From an uncultured Thermoleophilia bacterium (GTDB lineage: Bacteria; Actinomycetota; Thermoleophilia; UBA2241): a DNA stretch of 64,000 bases. Positions 33,629 through 44,064 of the stretch are shown one piece after another (the first letter of the stretch is position 1; each line of letters opens with the position of its first letter). The stretch is taken from positions 32,001 to 96,000 of the forward strand of contig CAVQSP010000017.1 of the NCBI GenBank assembly GCA_963715985.1, in the 5' to 3' direction. The translations under genes and the position numbers were made by a program. The notes under the pieces were generated by a model, which was given only the letters and a program-made list of their open reading frames with translations, had not been told where the DNA came from and ran no database searches.

Positions 33629-34897
33629 TCAGCAGACGGTCATGTCGGCGCACGTCCCGGGCCGGAGCTCGCAGGTCGCCGAGCGCCCGCGGTCGCGCCA
33701 GGCGACGACAGCGAACACCACCAGGGCCAGGGTGCCGGCCCCGGCGATGACGAGGCCCATGGACACGCCGTCCATCCCTCCCGCCAGACCGACCAGAGGC
33801 GTCGCAAGGGCGCCGAGGCCGAGGCGCAGGGTGCCGAAGTAGGCGGAGGCCGTACCGGCGACGTCAGGGTGCAGCGCGAGGGCCAGCGCCGTGGAGTTCG
33901 GGATGATGAGACCCATGCTGGCGACGAGTACGAACAGGGGCGCGGCCAGTGCCCACACGCCGAGCCCGCCGACCAGGAGCACGGCCAGCACGAGCGCTCC
34001 GGCCACGGCGTTGACGGCCAGGGCGGCGGCGAGCAGCTGCGCCGGCGAGAAGCGGGCGAGCAGCCGGTGGTTCAGTTCGCTCGCCCCCAGCATGCCGATG
34101 GCGTTCGTCGCGAAGAGCACGCTGAACGCGACCGGCGAGACGCCGTACACGTCCTCGTAGACGAACGACGAGCCGGCGAGGTAGGCGAAGAAGCCGGCGA
34201 AGCTCAGGGCGCTGGTGAACGCGAAGCCCATGAAGCGTGGATCCCGCGAGAGCGCCAGCAGGCTGCGGAGGAGGGTCCCCAGGCCGGCGGCGGAGCGTCG
34301 CTCGCGGGGCAGGCTCTCGGGGAGCCCTATCAGGGCGGCGAGGAAGAGGGTGAGTGCGATCGCCGTGAGCACGACGAACAGTCCCCTCCACGACATGACG
34401 CGGAGCAGCTGGCCGCCGGCCAGCGGGGCGACGATGGGAGCCAGGCCGCCGATGATGGCGAGGCGCGAGAGGAGTCGCGCCGCCTCGCGCCCGCGCACGT
34501 AGTCGGTCACGGCGGCGTTGGAGATGGCGGTGCCGGCGGCGCCGCCCAGCCCCTGCAGGAACCGGGCGACGATGAGCACCTGGATCGTCGGCGCCAACGC
34601 GCAGGCCAGGGTCGCGAGCGTGAAGAGGAGCAGGCCGCCCACGAGCGGCCGCCGCCGGCCGTAGGTGTCGCTGAGCGCACCCGCCTGGACCTGGCCGAAC
34701 GCCAGTCCGACGAGGAACGCCGTGACCGTGACGGCGACCTGCTGCTGGGAGGCGCCCAGGTCGCCGCCCAGGGTCGGCAGCGCCGGCAGGTAGAGGTCGA
34801 TGGAGAACGGACCGATGGTCCAGAGGCCGCCGAGGATGGCGACGATCGCCGCCCGGCGGCCGCGGCTGAAGTCCTGGAGGGTCTGGGGGGCATCCAC
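33629..34897 (-). CDS. Bcr/CflA multidrug efflux MFS transporter
   Basis: SIDLYLPALP, LSDTYGRR, ARFLQG. Confidence 0.92.
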   Translation of the reverse strand: MDAPQTLQDFSRGRRAAIVAILGGLWTIGPFSIDLYLPALPTLGGDLGASQQQVAVTVTAFLVGLAFGQVQAGALSDTYGRRRPLVGGLLLFTLATLACALAPTIQVLIVARFLQGLGGAAGTAISNAAVTDYVRGREAARLLSRLAIIGGLAPIVAPLAGGQLLRVMSWRGLFVVLTAIALTLFLAALIGLPESLPRERRSAAGLGTLLRSLLALSRDPRFMGFAFTSALSFAGFFAYLAGSSFVYEDVYGVSPVAFSVLFATNAIGMLGASELNHRLLARFSPAQLLAAALAVNAVAGALVLAVLLVGGLGVWALAAPLFVLVASMGLIIPNSTALALALHPDVAGTASAYFGTLRLGLGALATPLVGLAGGMDGVSMGLVIAGAGTLALVVFAVVAWRDRGRSATCELRPGTCADMTVC

Positions 34898-35064
34898 TCT
34901 CAGTGCACCCTACCGTGCGGTGCGGGCGCGGGCCAGAGAAGGGCGGCCTGACGGCGGCGTGCTCTCGGGCTGACACTGCGCCGGCGCGCCGTCCCCGGCG
35001 GTGGTTCTGGTCCCAGGCGGCTCGGGGATACTCGGGGCACAGCAATGCGAGAGAGGCGGCGGAC

Positions 35065-35370
35065 GTGCCGTACGCACCCCCCGAGAGGCTTCGCAGGATC
35101 AAGCACCGACATCGTGATCTCGGCTTCACGAGCGCGTTGCTCGTGCACGACGGGAGCAGCCCTGAGGAATGGTGCGTGCGCGTGGAGTCGCCGGCCGAGA
35201 TCGACCTGTTCCGCGAGCACCTCGCCCAGGGCCGGTCCATGTCGTTCACGTTCGTCACCCGGGCGGGAGACCTCTATCTGGGAGAAGCGGCGGTAGCCCG
35301 CGTCAGCCCGTCGTCAGACGAGGCCGCTGTGGTCACGATCTCCGGGATCGGGCCCTTGCAGGCGTCCTGA
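35065..35370 (+). CDS. Hypothetical protein
   Basis: Plausible RBS and codon usage. Confidence 0.5.
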   Translation: MPYAPPERLRRIKHRHRDLGFTSALLVHDGSSPEEWCVRVESPAEIDLFREHLAQGRSMSFTFVTRAGDLYLGEAAVARVSPSSDEAAVVTISGIGPLQAS

Positions 35371-35427
35371 ACGCATCCACCGCGGTCGAATGGAGAAGGC
35401 GAACGCGGCTCAACAAGGAGACGCATC

Positions 35428-36003
35428 ATGAACATCGTCGACCAAGCCACACAGACACAGCTCGCCAACATCCAGTCGCGCACGGGGAAGTCCCTCGACG
35501 AGCTCTTCGCTCTCATCCGCGCGAGCGGACTGGTCAAGCACGGCGAGATCCGGGAGATGCTCAAGCGCGACCTCGGCATGGGCTACGGCGACGCCAACGC
35601 GCTCGCCGGCGCGTTCCTGAAGTCCGCCGGCGAGGGCGCCGCTCCAGTCGCAGAAGCGGCGCCGGAGGACGTCGTCGCTGAGATCTACAGCGCCGCCAAA
35701 GGCGGGCTGCGGCCGATCCACGACAAGCTGATGGCGGCCATCGCCGAGCTCGGGCCCTTCGAGATCGCGCCGAAGAAGGCGTACGTCAGCCTGCGCCGCA
35801 AGAAGCAGTTCGCCACCGTCGGTCCGGCGACGAAGACGCGAGTCGACGTGGGGCTCAACATGAAGGGCGTCGCGGCCACCGGGCGCCTGATCGAACTGCC
35901 GCCCGGCGGCATGTGCCAGTACCGGGTCAGCCTGACCGAGCCGAACGAGGTCGACGAGGAACTGATGGCCTGGGTCGGCCGGGCCTACGAGGGCGCCGGT
36001 TGA
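35428..36003 (+). CDS. DUF4287/DUF5655 domain protein
   Basis: NIQSRTGKSLDE..LGMGYGDAN; PKKAYVSLRRKKQFA. Confidence 0.85.
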   Translation: MNIVDQATQTQLANIQSRTGKSLDELFALIRASGLVKHGEIREMLKRDLGMGYGDANALAGAFLKSAGEGAAPVAEAAPEDVVAEIYSAAKGGLRPIHDKLMAAIAELGPFEIAPKKAYVSLRRKKQFATVGPATKTRVDVGLNMKGVAATGRLIELPPGGMCQYRVSLTEPNEVDEELMAWVGRAYEGAG

Positions 36004-36055
36004 GGCGAGCAACGGGCCGCCCGTCCATCCGTCGAGCGCGGCGTCGGCCGCCCTC

Positions 36056-36545
36056 TCAGACGGCCGCCTCGCGGTGCCGCGAGCCGGCCGCGTCCGCGCG
36101 CGCCTCGATGAGCTCCTTGAAGCGCGCGAGGTCGGCCGCCACCACCTGGTTCACCGCCCCGAGCACATAGGCTTCATTCGCCGCGAGCGCGGCCTCTGGT
36201 TCCCACTCCATGCGAAAGGTGACGCGGCACGACGACTCGCCGAGAGGCTCGAACGTGACTGCCCCCGCATTCGGCTTCTCGTCGGGCGTTGCCGCGAATG
36301 CTCTCCCAGGAGAGACGCCTGTCGCGAGTCTGTTCGACGATCCGGGCATCCCACTCACGGGTCTCGTTCTCGACCTCAGCGACCTCGCTCTTGACCTTGG
36401 CGACCCAGTGGAGATGGGTGTCGCCGTTGCGCTCGACCGACGCGACCCCCTCCATCCACTCGGGGTAGCTCTCGAACCGGGCCCACTGGTCGTACGCGGT
36501 ACTCACGGCGACGTTCACGTCGACGGACTGTTCTACTGCAGGCAT
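36056..36545 (-). CDS. SRPBCC/cyclase family protein (frameshift at about 36295)
   Basis: EQSVDVNVAVSTAYDQW..REWDARI, then NAGAVTFEP..DLARFKELIE in another frame. Confidence 0.8.
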
Positions 36546-36736
36546 CGAGGCAACCTCCTGCCGGCTTCGGGGATACCTGAGCGTTCCCGGTGCGGCGCAC
36601 GGCGAACCAAGGGAATCGATGGTGAGAGCCCATCGCCCTGTCGGGGCTGCAGGCGCCGGTCAACGGTCCGTGACGTCCGAGGAAGGGGTACACGGGCACC
36701 ACGAACCCCAGCCCGTCACCAGACAGGAGAGCGATC

Positions 36737-37375
36737 ATGGCAGGTCCGATCGACGCGGTCATGGCCATCCACAACGGGTTCCGCAAGGACATGGAGCGGA
36801 TCGACGCGGCGGCGCTCGGCGCCGCGCGCGGCACGCCGGGGCTCGAGGGGGAGCTGGAGCGATTCCGCTTCTTCAACGAAGTGCTGGTGGTGCACGCACA
36901 CGGGGAGGAGATCGCCGTGTTCCCCGCCCTCGAAGCAGTCGCGCCGCTGGTCGCCGAGGCGTATGTGAAGGACCACCACGGCCTCGATGCCGCGTACGAC
37001 GCCTTGAACGAGGCGGTGTCCGCGGGCGACGCCCTGGCGACCGCCCGCGCCTCCGCCGCCTTCAAGTTCCACCTCGACATCCATCTGTACAAGGAGGACA
37101 CGCACCTGTACCGCATCTTCCAGGAGCGCGTCTCGGTGCCCGACCAGGGCAAGGCGGTCGGCATCATGGCCGCGGAGATGCCGCCGGAGCGCCAGCCGGA
37201 GTTCGTCTCCTGGCTGTTCCCGCTGATCGGCGACGACGACCGCGAGAACATGCTGCGCATCCAGCAGATGGTGCTGCCGCCGGAAGCGTTCGCGGGAGTC
37301 GCGCAGCTCGTGCGGCAGGCGGTGGGCGACGGCTGGGTCGAGCTCGCCCGGCGCATGCCGGAGCTGCCGGCGTAA
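36737..37375 (+). CDS. Hemerythrin HHE domain protein
   Basis: H..; HAHGEE; DH; HLYKED. Confidence 0.85.
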   Translation: MAGPIDAVMAIHNGFRKDMERIDAAALGAARGTPGLEGELERFRFFNEVLVVHAHGEEIAVFPALEAVAPLVAEAYVKDHHGLDAAYDALNEAVSAGDALATARASAAFKFHLDIHLYKEDTHLYRIFQERVSVPDQGKAVGIMAAEMPPERQPEFVSWLFPLIGDDDRENMLRIQQMVLPPEAFAGVAQLVRQAVGDGWVELARRMPELPA

Positions 37376-37453
37376 GTCAGGGGCGGGGCTCTCTCCGCGA
37401 GGGTCACCGCCTGTCCAGCTATGCCCCGCCCCCGTGCGGGGTACAGTCGCGGC

Positions 37454-38227
37454 ATGATGCTCCCGCCCGACATCGGCCTGCCCACGGACGCCTGGTACCG
37501 GCTGCCGCTGGCCGCGGCGCTCGAGCGCGTCGCCGCGCGCGCAGAGCTGGCGGAGATCCTCTCGAGCGACGAGCACTCGCTGCTGTCGGCGGAGAACCGG
37601 CGAGCCGCCGCGTCCTCTGGTCTGCGGCTCACCGTGCACGGCCCCTACGACGCCCTGGAGCCGGGCAGCACCCGCGAGCGCGACCGGCGGTACGCCGTGG
37701 CGGTGCATCGGCGGCATCTCGAGGCGGCCGCGGAGGTCGGGGCGCTCACCTACGTGGTGCACCCCGACTACAGCGGCTGCGCGGCGCCGCGCGACGCACG
37801 CGTCGTGGACGCGCTGCAGCGTACGTTCGCCGAGCTCGAGGAGCTGCAGCGCGAGCTCGGCGTGCGCATCGTCGTCGAGAACCTGCCGGGTGTCGGCTTC
37901 TCGCACTTCTGGGCGCCGGGCGATCTCGACCTCGGCGAGCTCGGCCTGATCCTCGACACCGGCCACGCCGCCATCTGCGGCACGCTTGAGGGCTTCCTGA
38001 ACGAGCCGCGCGCCGAGCTGGCGCACGTGCACCTCCACGACAGCCGCGGGCCCGCCGACGCCGGCGACCCGCACCTGCCGCTCGGCAGGGGCATCGTCGA
38101 CGCCGGCGCGGTCGTGCGCGCGGCGCGGGCGGCCGGGGCGACCGTCATCCTCGAGCTGCTGGACGAAGCGGCGATCGCGGAGAGCGTCGCATACCTCGAG
38201 CGGATGGGGATCATCACCCCGCGCTGA
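37454..38227 (+). CDS. Sugar phosphate isomerase/epimerase (AP endonuclease 2 family TIM barrel)
   Basis: VVENL, LDTGHA, HVHLHD, DPHLPLGRG. Confidence 0.85.
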   Translation: MMLPPDIGLPTDAWYRLPLAAALERVAARAELAEILSSDEHSLLSAENRRAAASSGLRLTVHGPYDALEPGSTRERDRRYAVAVHRRHLEAAAEVGALTYVVHPDYSGCAAPRDARVVDALQRTFAELEELQRELGVRIVVENLPGVGFSHFWAPGDLDLGELGLILDTGHAAICGTLEGFLNEPRAELAHVHLHDSRGPADAGDPHLPLGRGIVDAGAVVRAARAAGATVILELLDEAAIAESVAYLERMGIITPR

Positions 38228-38298
38228 CGCTGCGGCCTGGGCTCGCCGTAGCATCGCTACACCGCGAGCGTCGGAGGTCCGTCCGCGGACGGCCGGGC

Positions 38299-38326
38299 GC
38301 ACGTTCGAGTCCTGCCGGCCCCACCA
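38299..38326 (+). repeat. Second-type tRNA 3'-end fragment (att-like scar)
   Basis: GCACG-TTCGAGT-CCTGC-CGGCCCC-A-CCA: T arm with one mismatch, acceptor strand and CCA. Confidence 0.7.
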
Positions 38327-38375
38327 GCGCTGTCACACTGACAACGGTTCTCCCTGCAAACAACCATCTTCCGCG

Positions 38376-38411
38376 TACCCGGTCGCCTACCCGGTCGCCT
38401 GCCCAGTCGCT
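38376..38411 (+). repeat. 12-bp tandem repeat x3 (possible integrase arm sites)
   Basis: TACCCGGTCGCC TACCCGGTCGCC TGCCCAGTCGCT. Confidence 0.7.
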
Positions 38412-38936
38412 CCCCCCGAACCGACACGCCGGGGTGACTCGGCGGATGCAGGTGAATCTCGTCACGTCGGCGGCGTTGTCGGAGTGACTGGTGGTATCGT
38501 CGGCGCGTCCGCTGCGACGCCGGACTCTTGTGAAGGTCGTGGCGCGTGCTCTCCTTGACTTGGTCGAGCAGCGCGGCGCCACGTCGTGGACACATGTACG
38601 GCCAGCGGCGAGTGCGTGCTCAGCTCGCCGGCTGACGCCGGGTCTGGAGCCGATCGATGAGCTGGCCGTGCTTGAGGGTTTCGAGTGCACCGACGCGATG
38701 GTGGAGGTCCCGCCGGCCAGCCTGGAGCAGTTCCGCGCAGTGCTGAGCGCGACCATGACGGGCTGAAGCGCTACGCATCGCGAGTGCGGCGCGGGGCGTC
38801 AGCCGGGGGCTCAGCACGCAGGTCGCCCGAGCCAGCCGTGGCCCTTCTGCGCCATCGGAATCCGAGCTTGCCGATCCGAGCGCGCTGACTCGTTCTCGCT
38901 CCTTCGTGCGCGAGGACGAGCTGCCGGCCGCGCGAA

Positions 38937-39953
38937 TCAGCGAGGATCAGCGGTCCGTGGCAGGGCCGCGTCCCCGTAGAGCTCCGCGATTGCGCGTCGC
39001 GTCTCGCTGACCACCAGGTCTGACGCTTCGACAGACCCAGATTCCGATGACAAGACGAACCGCGCCAAGGTAAGCAGGGTCGCGACTGCCTCGCGTGCTT
39101 CGCCCCTGGCCGCCCGGCGAGATGCGCGCTCGACCATGCGCTCAAGTTCCCCCTGCGCGGCGGCATCCTCAGTTGAGGGTAGCAGCGCCGCCAGTCGTGA
39201 CAGGCCCGCAAGCGACGACGATCCCGGCACGAGACGCTCGAGCCGGGCCACCCGATCGGCCTCGGCGGCCCGCACCGCCTCACCCACCTGCCGACCGAGC
39301 TGGTCCGCCTGCAGGAGCACCTCCGCCTGCTCCTCAACCGGTGGAGGGATGATGTCGGGCGAGATGGCGAACTGCGCCGGCGAGGGCAGCCGGTCGGCGT
39401 AGGGATAGGCGAAGAGCTCGTACTCGCCGCGCGCCAGTGGGAGCGGCGAGCCCTGCGTGCAGACGTCGCCGAAGCCACACGACCAGCAGGGATCGATTCC
39501 CGCCGGCGTGACCGTGCCGATCGCACGTAGTCCCTCGGTGGCGAAGTAGGCGAGGATACTGGTCGCCACCGGCAGCGGATCGACAGTGCCTGTGACCACC
39601 ACAGCGCCAGCCTTGCCGGCCAGCAGCATGATCGAGTGGCGCAACGAGAAGGCGCGCTCGATCAGCGCCTTGGTGCGCGCATCGATGATGTTGAACGGCG
39701 CCCAGCCGCCGAGCACGACGGCGCGCGCCCGCACGAGCTTGGCCGCCAGCGGCAGCCAGTCGTCAGCAAGACCGGTACAAATGTTCGTGCGTGCGCAGGC
39801 CAGGCAGGCTTTGCAGGGCCCTACGTCGACTTCCCAGAGACGGACCAGCTCCGCGTCGAGCTGCGAGGCGGCGAGGATGCGCTGGAGGGTGCGCTCGGTG
39901 GTGCCGTCACGGATCGGGCTGCCGCTGACGCCGAGTATGGCTGGCTGATCCAC
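38937..39953 (-). CDS. Iron-sulfur flavoprotein / multimeric flavodoxin family protein
   Basis: GVSGSPIRDG, CKACLAC....C, CWSCGFGDVC. Confidence 0.82.
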   Translation of the reverse strand: MDQPAILGVSGSPIRDGTTERTLQRILAASQLDAELVRLWEVDVGPCKACLACARTNICTGLADDWLPLAAKLVRARAVVLGGWAPFNIIDARTKALIERAFSLRHSIMLLAGKAGAVVVTGTVDPLPVATSILAYFATEGLRAIGTVTPAGIDPCWSCGFGDVCTQGSPLPLARGEYELFAYPYADRLPSPAQFAISPDIIPPPVEEQAEVLLQADQLGRQVGEAVRAAEADRVARLERLVPGSSSLAGLSRLAALLPSTEDAAAQGELERMVERASRRAARGEAREAVATLLTLARFVLSSESGSVEASDLVVSETRRAIAELYGDAALPRTADPR

Positions 39954-39976
39954 AATCGCTCCTTCGCGCCGCGGTG

Positions 39977-40321
39977 TCAGACGGTGAGCAGGGCGGCGCG
40001 CTCGCGCAGCAGCCTGGTGAGCGGTTCACCCCAGTAGATCACCTCGATCCCCAATCCTTCGAGCGTCGCGGTCACGCCGAGCTCGTCGGCGCAGGCCTTG
40101 CAGGCGGAGAACTCGACGCCGCTGCCCTGCAGCTGCCTGATGTGTGCCTGCAGGGCCACGTTCTCGGCCGCGAGCGTCGCCGTGGCGCCCCAGATGATGA
40201 TCGTGACCCGCTGCCACCAGGCGAGCTTCAGGGCGTTGCCGGCATACATGAAGACCATCTTCTCGGCCGTGACGGGGTCGGCGTTGGTCCACAGGATGTA
40301 GAGGTGGTCCTGATCGCTCAC
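39977..40321 (-). CDS. DsrE family protein
   Basis: LYILWTNAD..MVFMYA..IIWGA..ACKACAD. Confidence 0.85.
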   Translation of the reverse strand: MSDQDHLYILWTNADPVTAEKMVFMYAGNALKLAWWQRVTIIIWGATATLAAENVALQAHIRQLQGSGVEFSACKACADELGVTATLEGLGIEVIYWGEPLTRLLRERAALLTV

Positions 40322-40385
40322 TGACTCTCCCTATGCCTCAAGGCTGTGCCCAGGACGCGCGGGTCTCGAGCACGAGCCCGATTCT

Positions 40386-40823
40386 TCAGCGTGGCGCCGC
40401 CACGGCGACGCCCAAGGCGCGCGCCTGCTCGCGGCCGGCCTCGATCTCACCGGCAGAGACGACCAGCGGCGGCTGCAAGGTGGCGAAGCCGAAGTAGCCG
40501 GGCAGTGCCGTGAAGAGCTCCTCGGTGGCAGCCGGCTCCTGTGCGTGACAGATGATGCTGGCGAAGCCGATGCCGCTGCCGAGGCTCTCCTTGCCCAGCC
40601 AGAGACGCTCGAGCAGCTTCTTGGTCTCGCCGGCCAGGGTGCCGAAGGTCTGCGGCGTGGCGAGGAGCAGCACATCGCTCGCGGCCACAGCCTCCACGGA
40701 AGCGGCACTTGCCTCCACCAGGGTCACCTCGGCGCCGGCACCGCGGGCGCCGTCGGCCGCCGCCTCGGCGAGGCTCTTGGTCTTGCCCGTGAACGAGTGG
40801 TAGACGATAAGGACTTTCGACAT
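40386..40823 (-). CDS. Flavodoxin domain protein
   Basis: IVYHSFTGKT, ATPQTFG. Confidence 0.85.
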   Translation of the reverse strand: MSKVLIVYHSFTGKTKSLAEAAADGARGAGAEVTLVEASAASVEAVAASDVLLLATPQTFGTLAGETKKLLERLWLGKESLGSGIGFASIICHAQEPAATEELFTALPGYFGFATLQPPLVVSAGEIEAGREQARALGVAVAAPR

Positions 40824-40853
40824 GACTGCTCCTCCTTGGACGATGTGGCAGAC

Positions 40854-41553
40854 TCAGATTGCCGGCAGGATCAGGCGCCCCTCCTCACGCACCACCCTGC
40901 CGGACTCGCGTAGCGCCTTCAGTGCCTTGGTCACGCTCACGCGGTGAGCCCCGACGAGGAAGCTCAGCTCTTCGTGGGTCAGCGGGAATCCGATGACGAG
41001 GCCGCCTCACGGTCCTCGTGCCGTGTTCTCGCGCGACCGTCGAGAGCACTGCGTAGAGACGCTCCTCGAGGTGCGTCGAGGCCATGCTCCCCACGCGGCT
41101 TGTGAGCCAGGAGATGCGCTCGCTCATGTTGCGCATGATCTGCAGGCCGATGTTGGGGTGCTCGGTGACGAGCCGCTCGAAGCGCTCCTTGCTGAGGCCG
41201 CAGAGGAGGCTGTCCTCCATGCACTCGGCGGTGAGGGGGTAGTCGCTCTCGGCGCTGAGGAAGGTCTCGCCGAGGAAGTCGCCGGCCTTGCGGATGTCGA
41301 CGAGGATCTCGGTGCCGTCTTCGTCGGTCTTCACGAGCTTGACGCGGCCCGCCTTGATCACGAAGAGGAGGGTGGCGGGCTGGCCCTGGATGAAGACGTA
41401 CTGGCCCTTCTCGAGGGGCTTGCGCCAGGCCGCGGCGGTGAGCGCCGCAGTCTCCGCCTCGGAGAGGTCGCCGAAGAGCCAGAGCTGGGCGAGGCAGACC
41501 GGCGAGACGCCGGGCTGTGCGCCCACGAGTTCATCACAGGTGCACTTCGTCAC
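40854..41553 (-). CDS. Crp/Fnr family regulator with N-terminal cysteines (frameshift at about 41010)
   Basis: cNMP-binding fold (GDFLGE); HTH FPLTHEELSFLVGAHRVSVTKAL in a shifted frame. Confidence 0.88.
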
Positions 41554-42102
41554 GGAGGCCCCGCATGTACGCTCAGGACCTCGGCGACGCGCGCCCGGAA
41601 GTGGTCGAGGTCGGCCGGGACGATCTCGATCTCCGTCTGCGTGTAGTCGAAGAACTCGAGCACGGCGAGGTCGTCGATGGGTTCGAGCCCGAAGTCGAGG
41701 ACGACGATGCGGTCGTACATGCCGAAGTTGATGCGCCCGTCGATCTCGTCCCAGCCCATGCCGTCGACGAAGATGCTGCGCCACTCCTTGAGCCAGCCCG
41801 GCGAGACGAGGGAGCGTGCGCTCGCCGAAGCTCGCCTTCTGCTCAGGCGAGAGGAAGGCCTCGATGCAGCTCCTGGCGTCGAGCCGCCGGCCGCCCCGCT
41901 CGGCGAGCTTGGCGTCGAGGTCGGGGTGGCAGGCGCCGTAGAAGCAGGCGACGTCGTCGTCCCCGCCGAGCGCCTGGTCGATGGCGGCGCCGAGGCGCTC
42001 CTCGCTCACGTGCAGGCCCGCCGGCAGCCACTCTGCCTCGAGGCCGGGGCCGAGTACGTGCGCGAGTTCCGAGCGGAAGATGCTGCAGCTGACGATCCTC
42101 AG
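41550..42102 (-). CDS. DUF1638 family protein (frameshift at about 41815; start codon uncertain)
   Basis: CSIFRSEL, LPAGLH, FYGACHP, SCIEAFL, SPGWL, YDRIVVLD. Confidence 0.75.
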
Positions 42103-42112
42103 CTTCGCCTCC

Positions 42113-42352
42113 TCAGGCGAGGGCGCGCGACAGGATGGTGTCGGCGACCTGCTCGGCGCTGGTGAACGGGAAATCGGCGGCCGTGAGCACGCCGCCGGCG
42201 TCACCGGCGCGCAGCTTGACGTCGCCGGCCTCGCAGGTCGTGTCGGCGCCGTCCGGGAAGGCCGCCAGGAAGGCCCCCGCGCTGGCGATGGGGAAGGAGG
42301 CGCCGGCCAGCGCCGCGACGATCTGGCTCTTGAGTTCGCTCTTGACGTCCAT
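42113..42352 (-). CDS. MTH865-like protein
   Basis: GASFPI..FPDGADTTC..ADFPF..VADTI. Confidence 0.8.
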   Translation of the reverse strand: MDVKSELKSQIVAALAGASFPIASAGAFLAAFPDGADTTCEAGDVKLRAGDAGGVLTAADFPFTSAEQVADTILSRALA

Positions 42353-42449
42353 GTCGTGCCTCCTGAGCTGGCGGGTTCCAGATGCGCACACCTGCCGCGC
42401 GACGCGATCTGATGGCGAGACGATGGTAGTGGAACACGCCTCTAGGCAT

Positions 42450-42465
42450 TGTAGCCTTGGCTACA
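42450..42465. promoter_or_regulatory. Crp/Fnr-type palindromic operator
   Basis: TGTAGCC-TT-GGCTACA about 100 bp upstream of the operon. Confidence 0.65.
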
Positions 42466-42876
42466 CGGTCGGCACTCGTAAGGACTTGCTCGAGACCCTC
42501 CTCCGGAGACGCCGGCCACGTCAACCGCCCGAGGCGGCCTCGCCGCCGTCGCCCAACGGACCATGCTCCCGGACCGCGGCCCCGAGATCGGGGACCATCT
42601 CGACAACGCGCGCGGTCCCCGCGTCGCTGACGGCGTGATCGATGAAGCACGTCATGTCGGCCCTTGGTCCGGGCTCTCGATCGAGGTTGTATCCCAGGCC
42701 CGCGCGTGGCCATCGTCCTGCAGGCCGACCGTGCCAAACAGCCCGCGCAGACTCCCGTCCAGCTGGTGTCGGCCTACGCAGTCTTTGACTCGAACTGCTC
42801 TCGAGCAGTCGACGGAACTCGTCTCGCAAGTTCGAGAGCTGTCTGGTTGGGTCCTCCCACGGCGGGGCCGGCCGAC

Positions 42877-43504
42877 TCACTCCTCGCGCAGCAGAGCGGC
42901 GGTCAGCGTCGTCTCCGCCCAGGCTGCCCAGCGCTCCGGCTGCCAGCCCTGGTCCAGCACCAGGAAGCTGTAGAGATCGGGATGGCCCACGGCGAAGATC
43001 GTGGTGGCTGCGTCATCGAGGGAGAGGCCTCGCACGCAGGGCGTCCAGCTCTGCGAGGCGGCCCGCGGCCTGCCCGTAGTTCTTCAGGCGCTGCTCGGCG
43101 CGCCGTCTCTGCAGCTCCGCCACCTCGGGGTCGAGCGCTGCGGCCTGGCGTATCACCGCGAACACCGGCGCCGTGCGTGCAAGACCGCCGCGCCAGAAGT
43201 CGACGAGCTGCCGCAGGATCTCGCGGGCGTCCGTCTTCCGCTGCGCCCTCTCGTGCATGAAGACGGGGACGGGCGTGGGCGCTTCGTCGCCGGCCGCCGC
43301 GAAGTCGAGAGCGCGCGAGAGCAACTCGCGCTTCGATCCGACGGCGTTGTAGATGGTCTGCACGGCGACGCCCGCCTCTCGGGCGACGTCGCCCACAGAC
43401 GTGGCCGTGTAGCCGCGCTCGAGGAACAGGCCGGTGGCGGCGGTCACGATGACACGCTGCGTCTCTGCGGCGGCGATCTCACGGCGGTTTCTCATCTCAC
43501 CCAT
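42877..43504 (-). CDS. TetR/AcrR family regulator (frameshift at about 43025)
   Basis: LFLERGY..VAREAGVAVQTIYNAVGSK; C-terminus continues in another frame. Confidence 0.88.
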
Positions 43505-43509
43505 GAGGG

Positions 43510-43544
43510 TAGAATATAATTCTAATGAGTAGAACGCAACTCTA
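43510..43544. promoter_or_regulatory. Tandem TetR-type operators in divergent promoter
   Basis: TAGAAT-ATA-ATTCTA and TAGAAC-GCA-ACTCTA, 20 bp apart. Confidence 0.7.
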
Positions 43545-43572
43545 ACCAGTTGCCGTCAGGGAGGTAGCTGTC

Positions 43573-44058
43573 ATGTCGGGCGAAGACTTGAAGGCTAGGA
43601 CGCTCGAAGGCTTCGAGCGCATGTTCAACCAGGGCGATCTGACGTACGTCGAACAAGCTCATGCGCCTGCCGGAGTCGATCATCAGGAGCCTCTGGGGAC
43701 GGACTTCAACGACCACCTCAAGGACGTCATCACGAAGATGCGGGAGGCCTTCCCCGACCTCCACTTCGAGGTGCACACCATCGTGCAGGAAGGCGATATC
43801 GTCGCGACTCGCTCGACCATGACCGGCACTCATCTTGGACGCTTCGCCATGGGCCCCCTGGCGGCGATCGAGCCGCAGGGCACGAAGGTCTCCGTCCGCC
43901 ACATGCACTTCTTCCAGTACAAGGACGGCAAGGTCACGGACCTCTGGCACGTGTGGGACACACTGGGCCTGATGCGCCAGCTCGGCGCCCCGGCGCCCGA
44001 CATGCGCTTCCCGGTGCCGCAGCCGGCCGGTGCGGCAGCGGAGCGACCCCCGCGATAG
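43573..44058 (+). CDS. SnoaL-like ester cyclase
   Basis: AFPDLHF..EGDIV..TGTHLG..DTLGLMRQLG. Confidence 0.88.
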   Translation: MSGEDLKARTLEGFERMFNQGDLTYVEQAHAPAGVDHQEPLGTDFNDHLKDVITKMREAFPDLHFEVHTIVQEGDIVATRSTMTGTHLGRFAMGPLAAIEPQGTKVSVRHMHFFQYKDGKVTDLWHVWDTLGLMRQLGAPAPDMRFPVPQPAGAAAERPPR

Positions 44059-44064
44059 CGCGGG

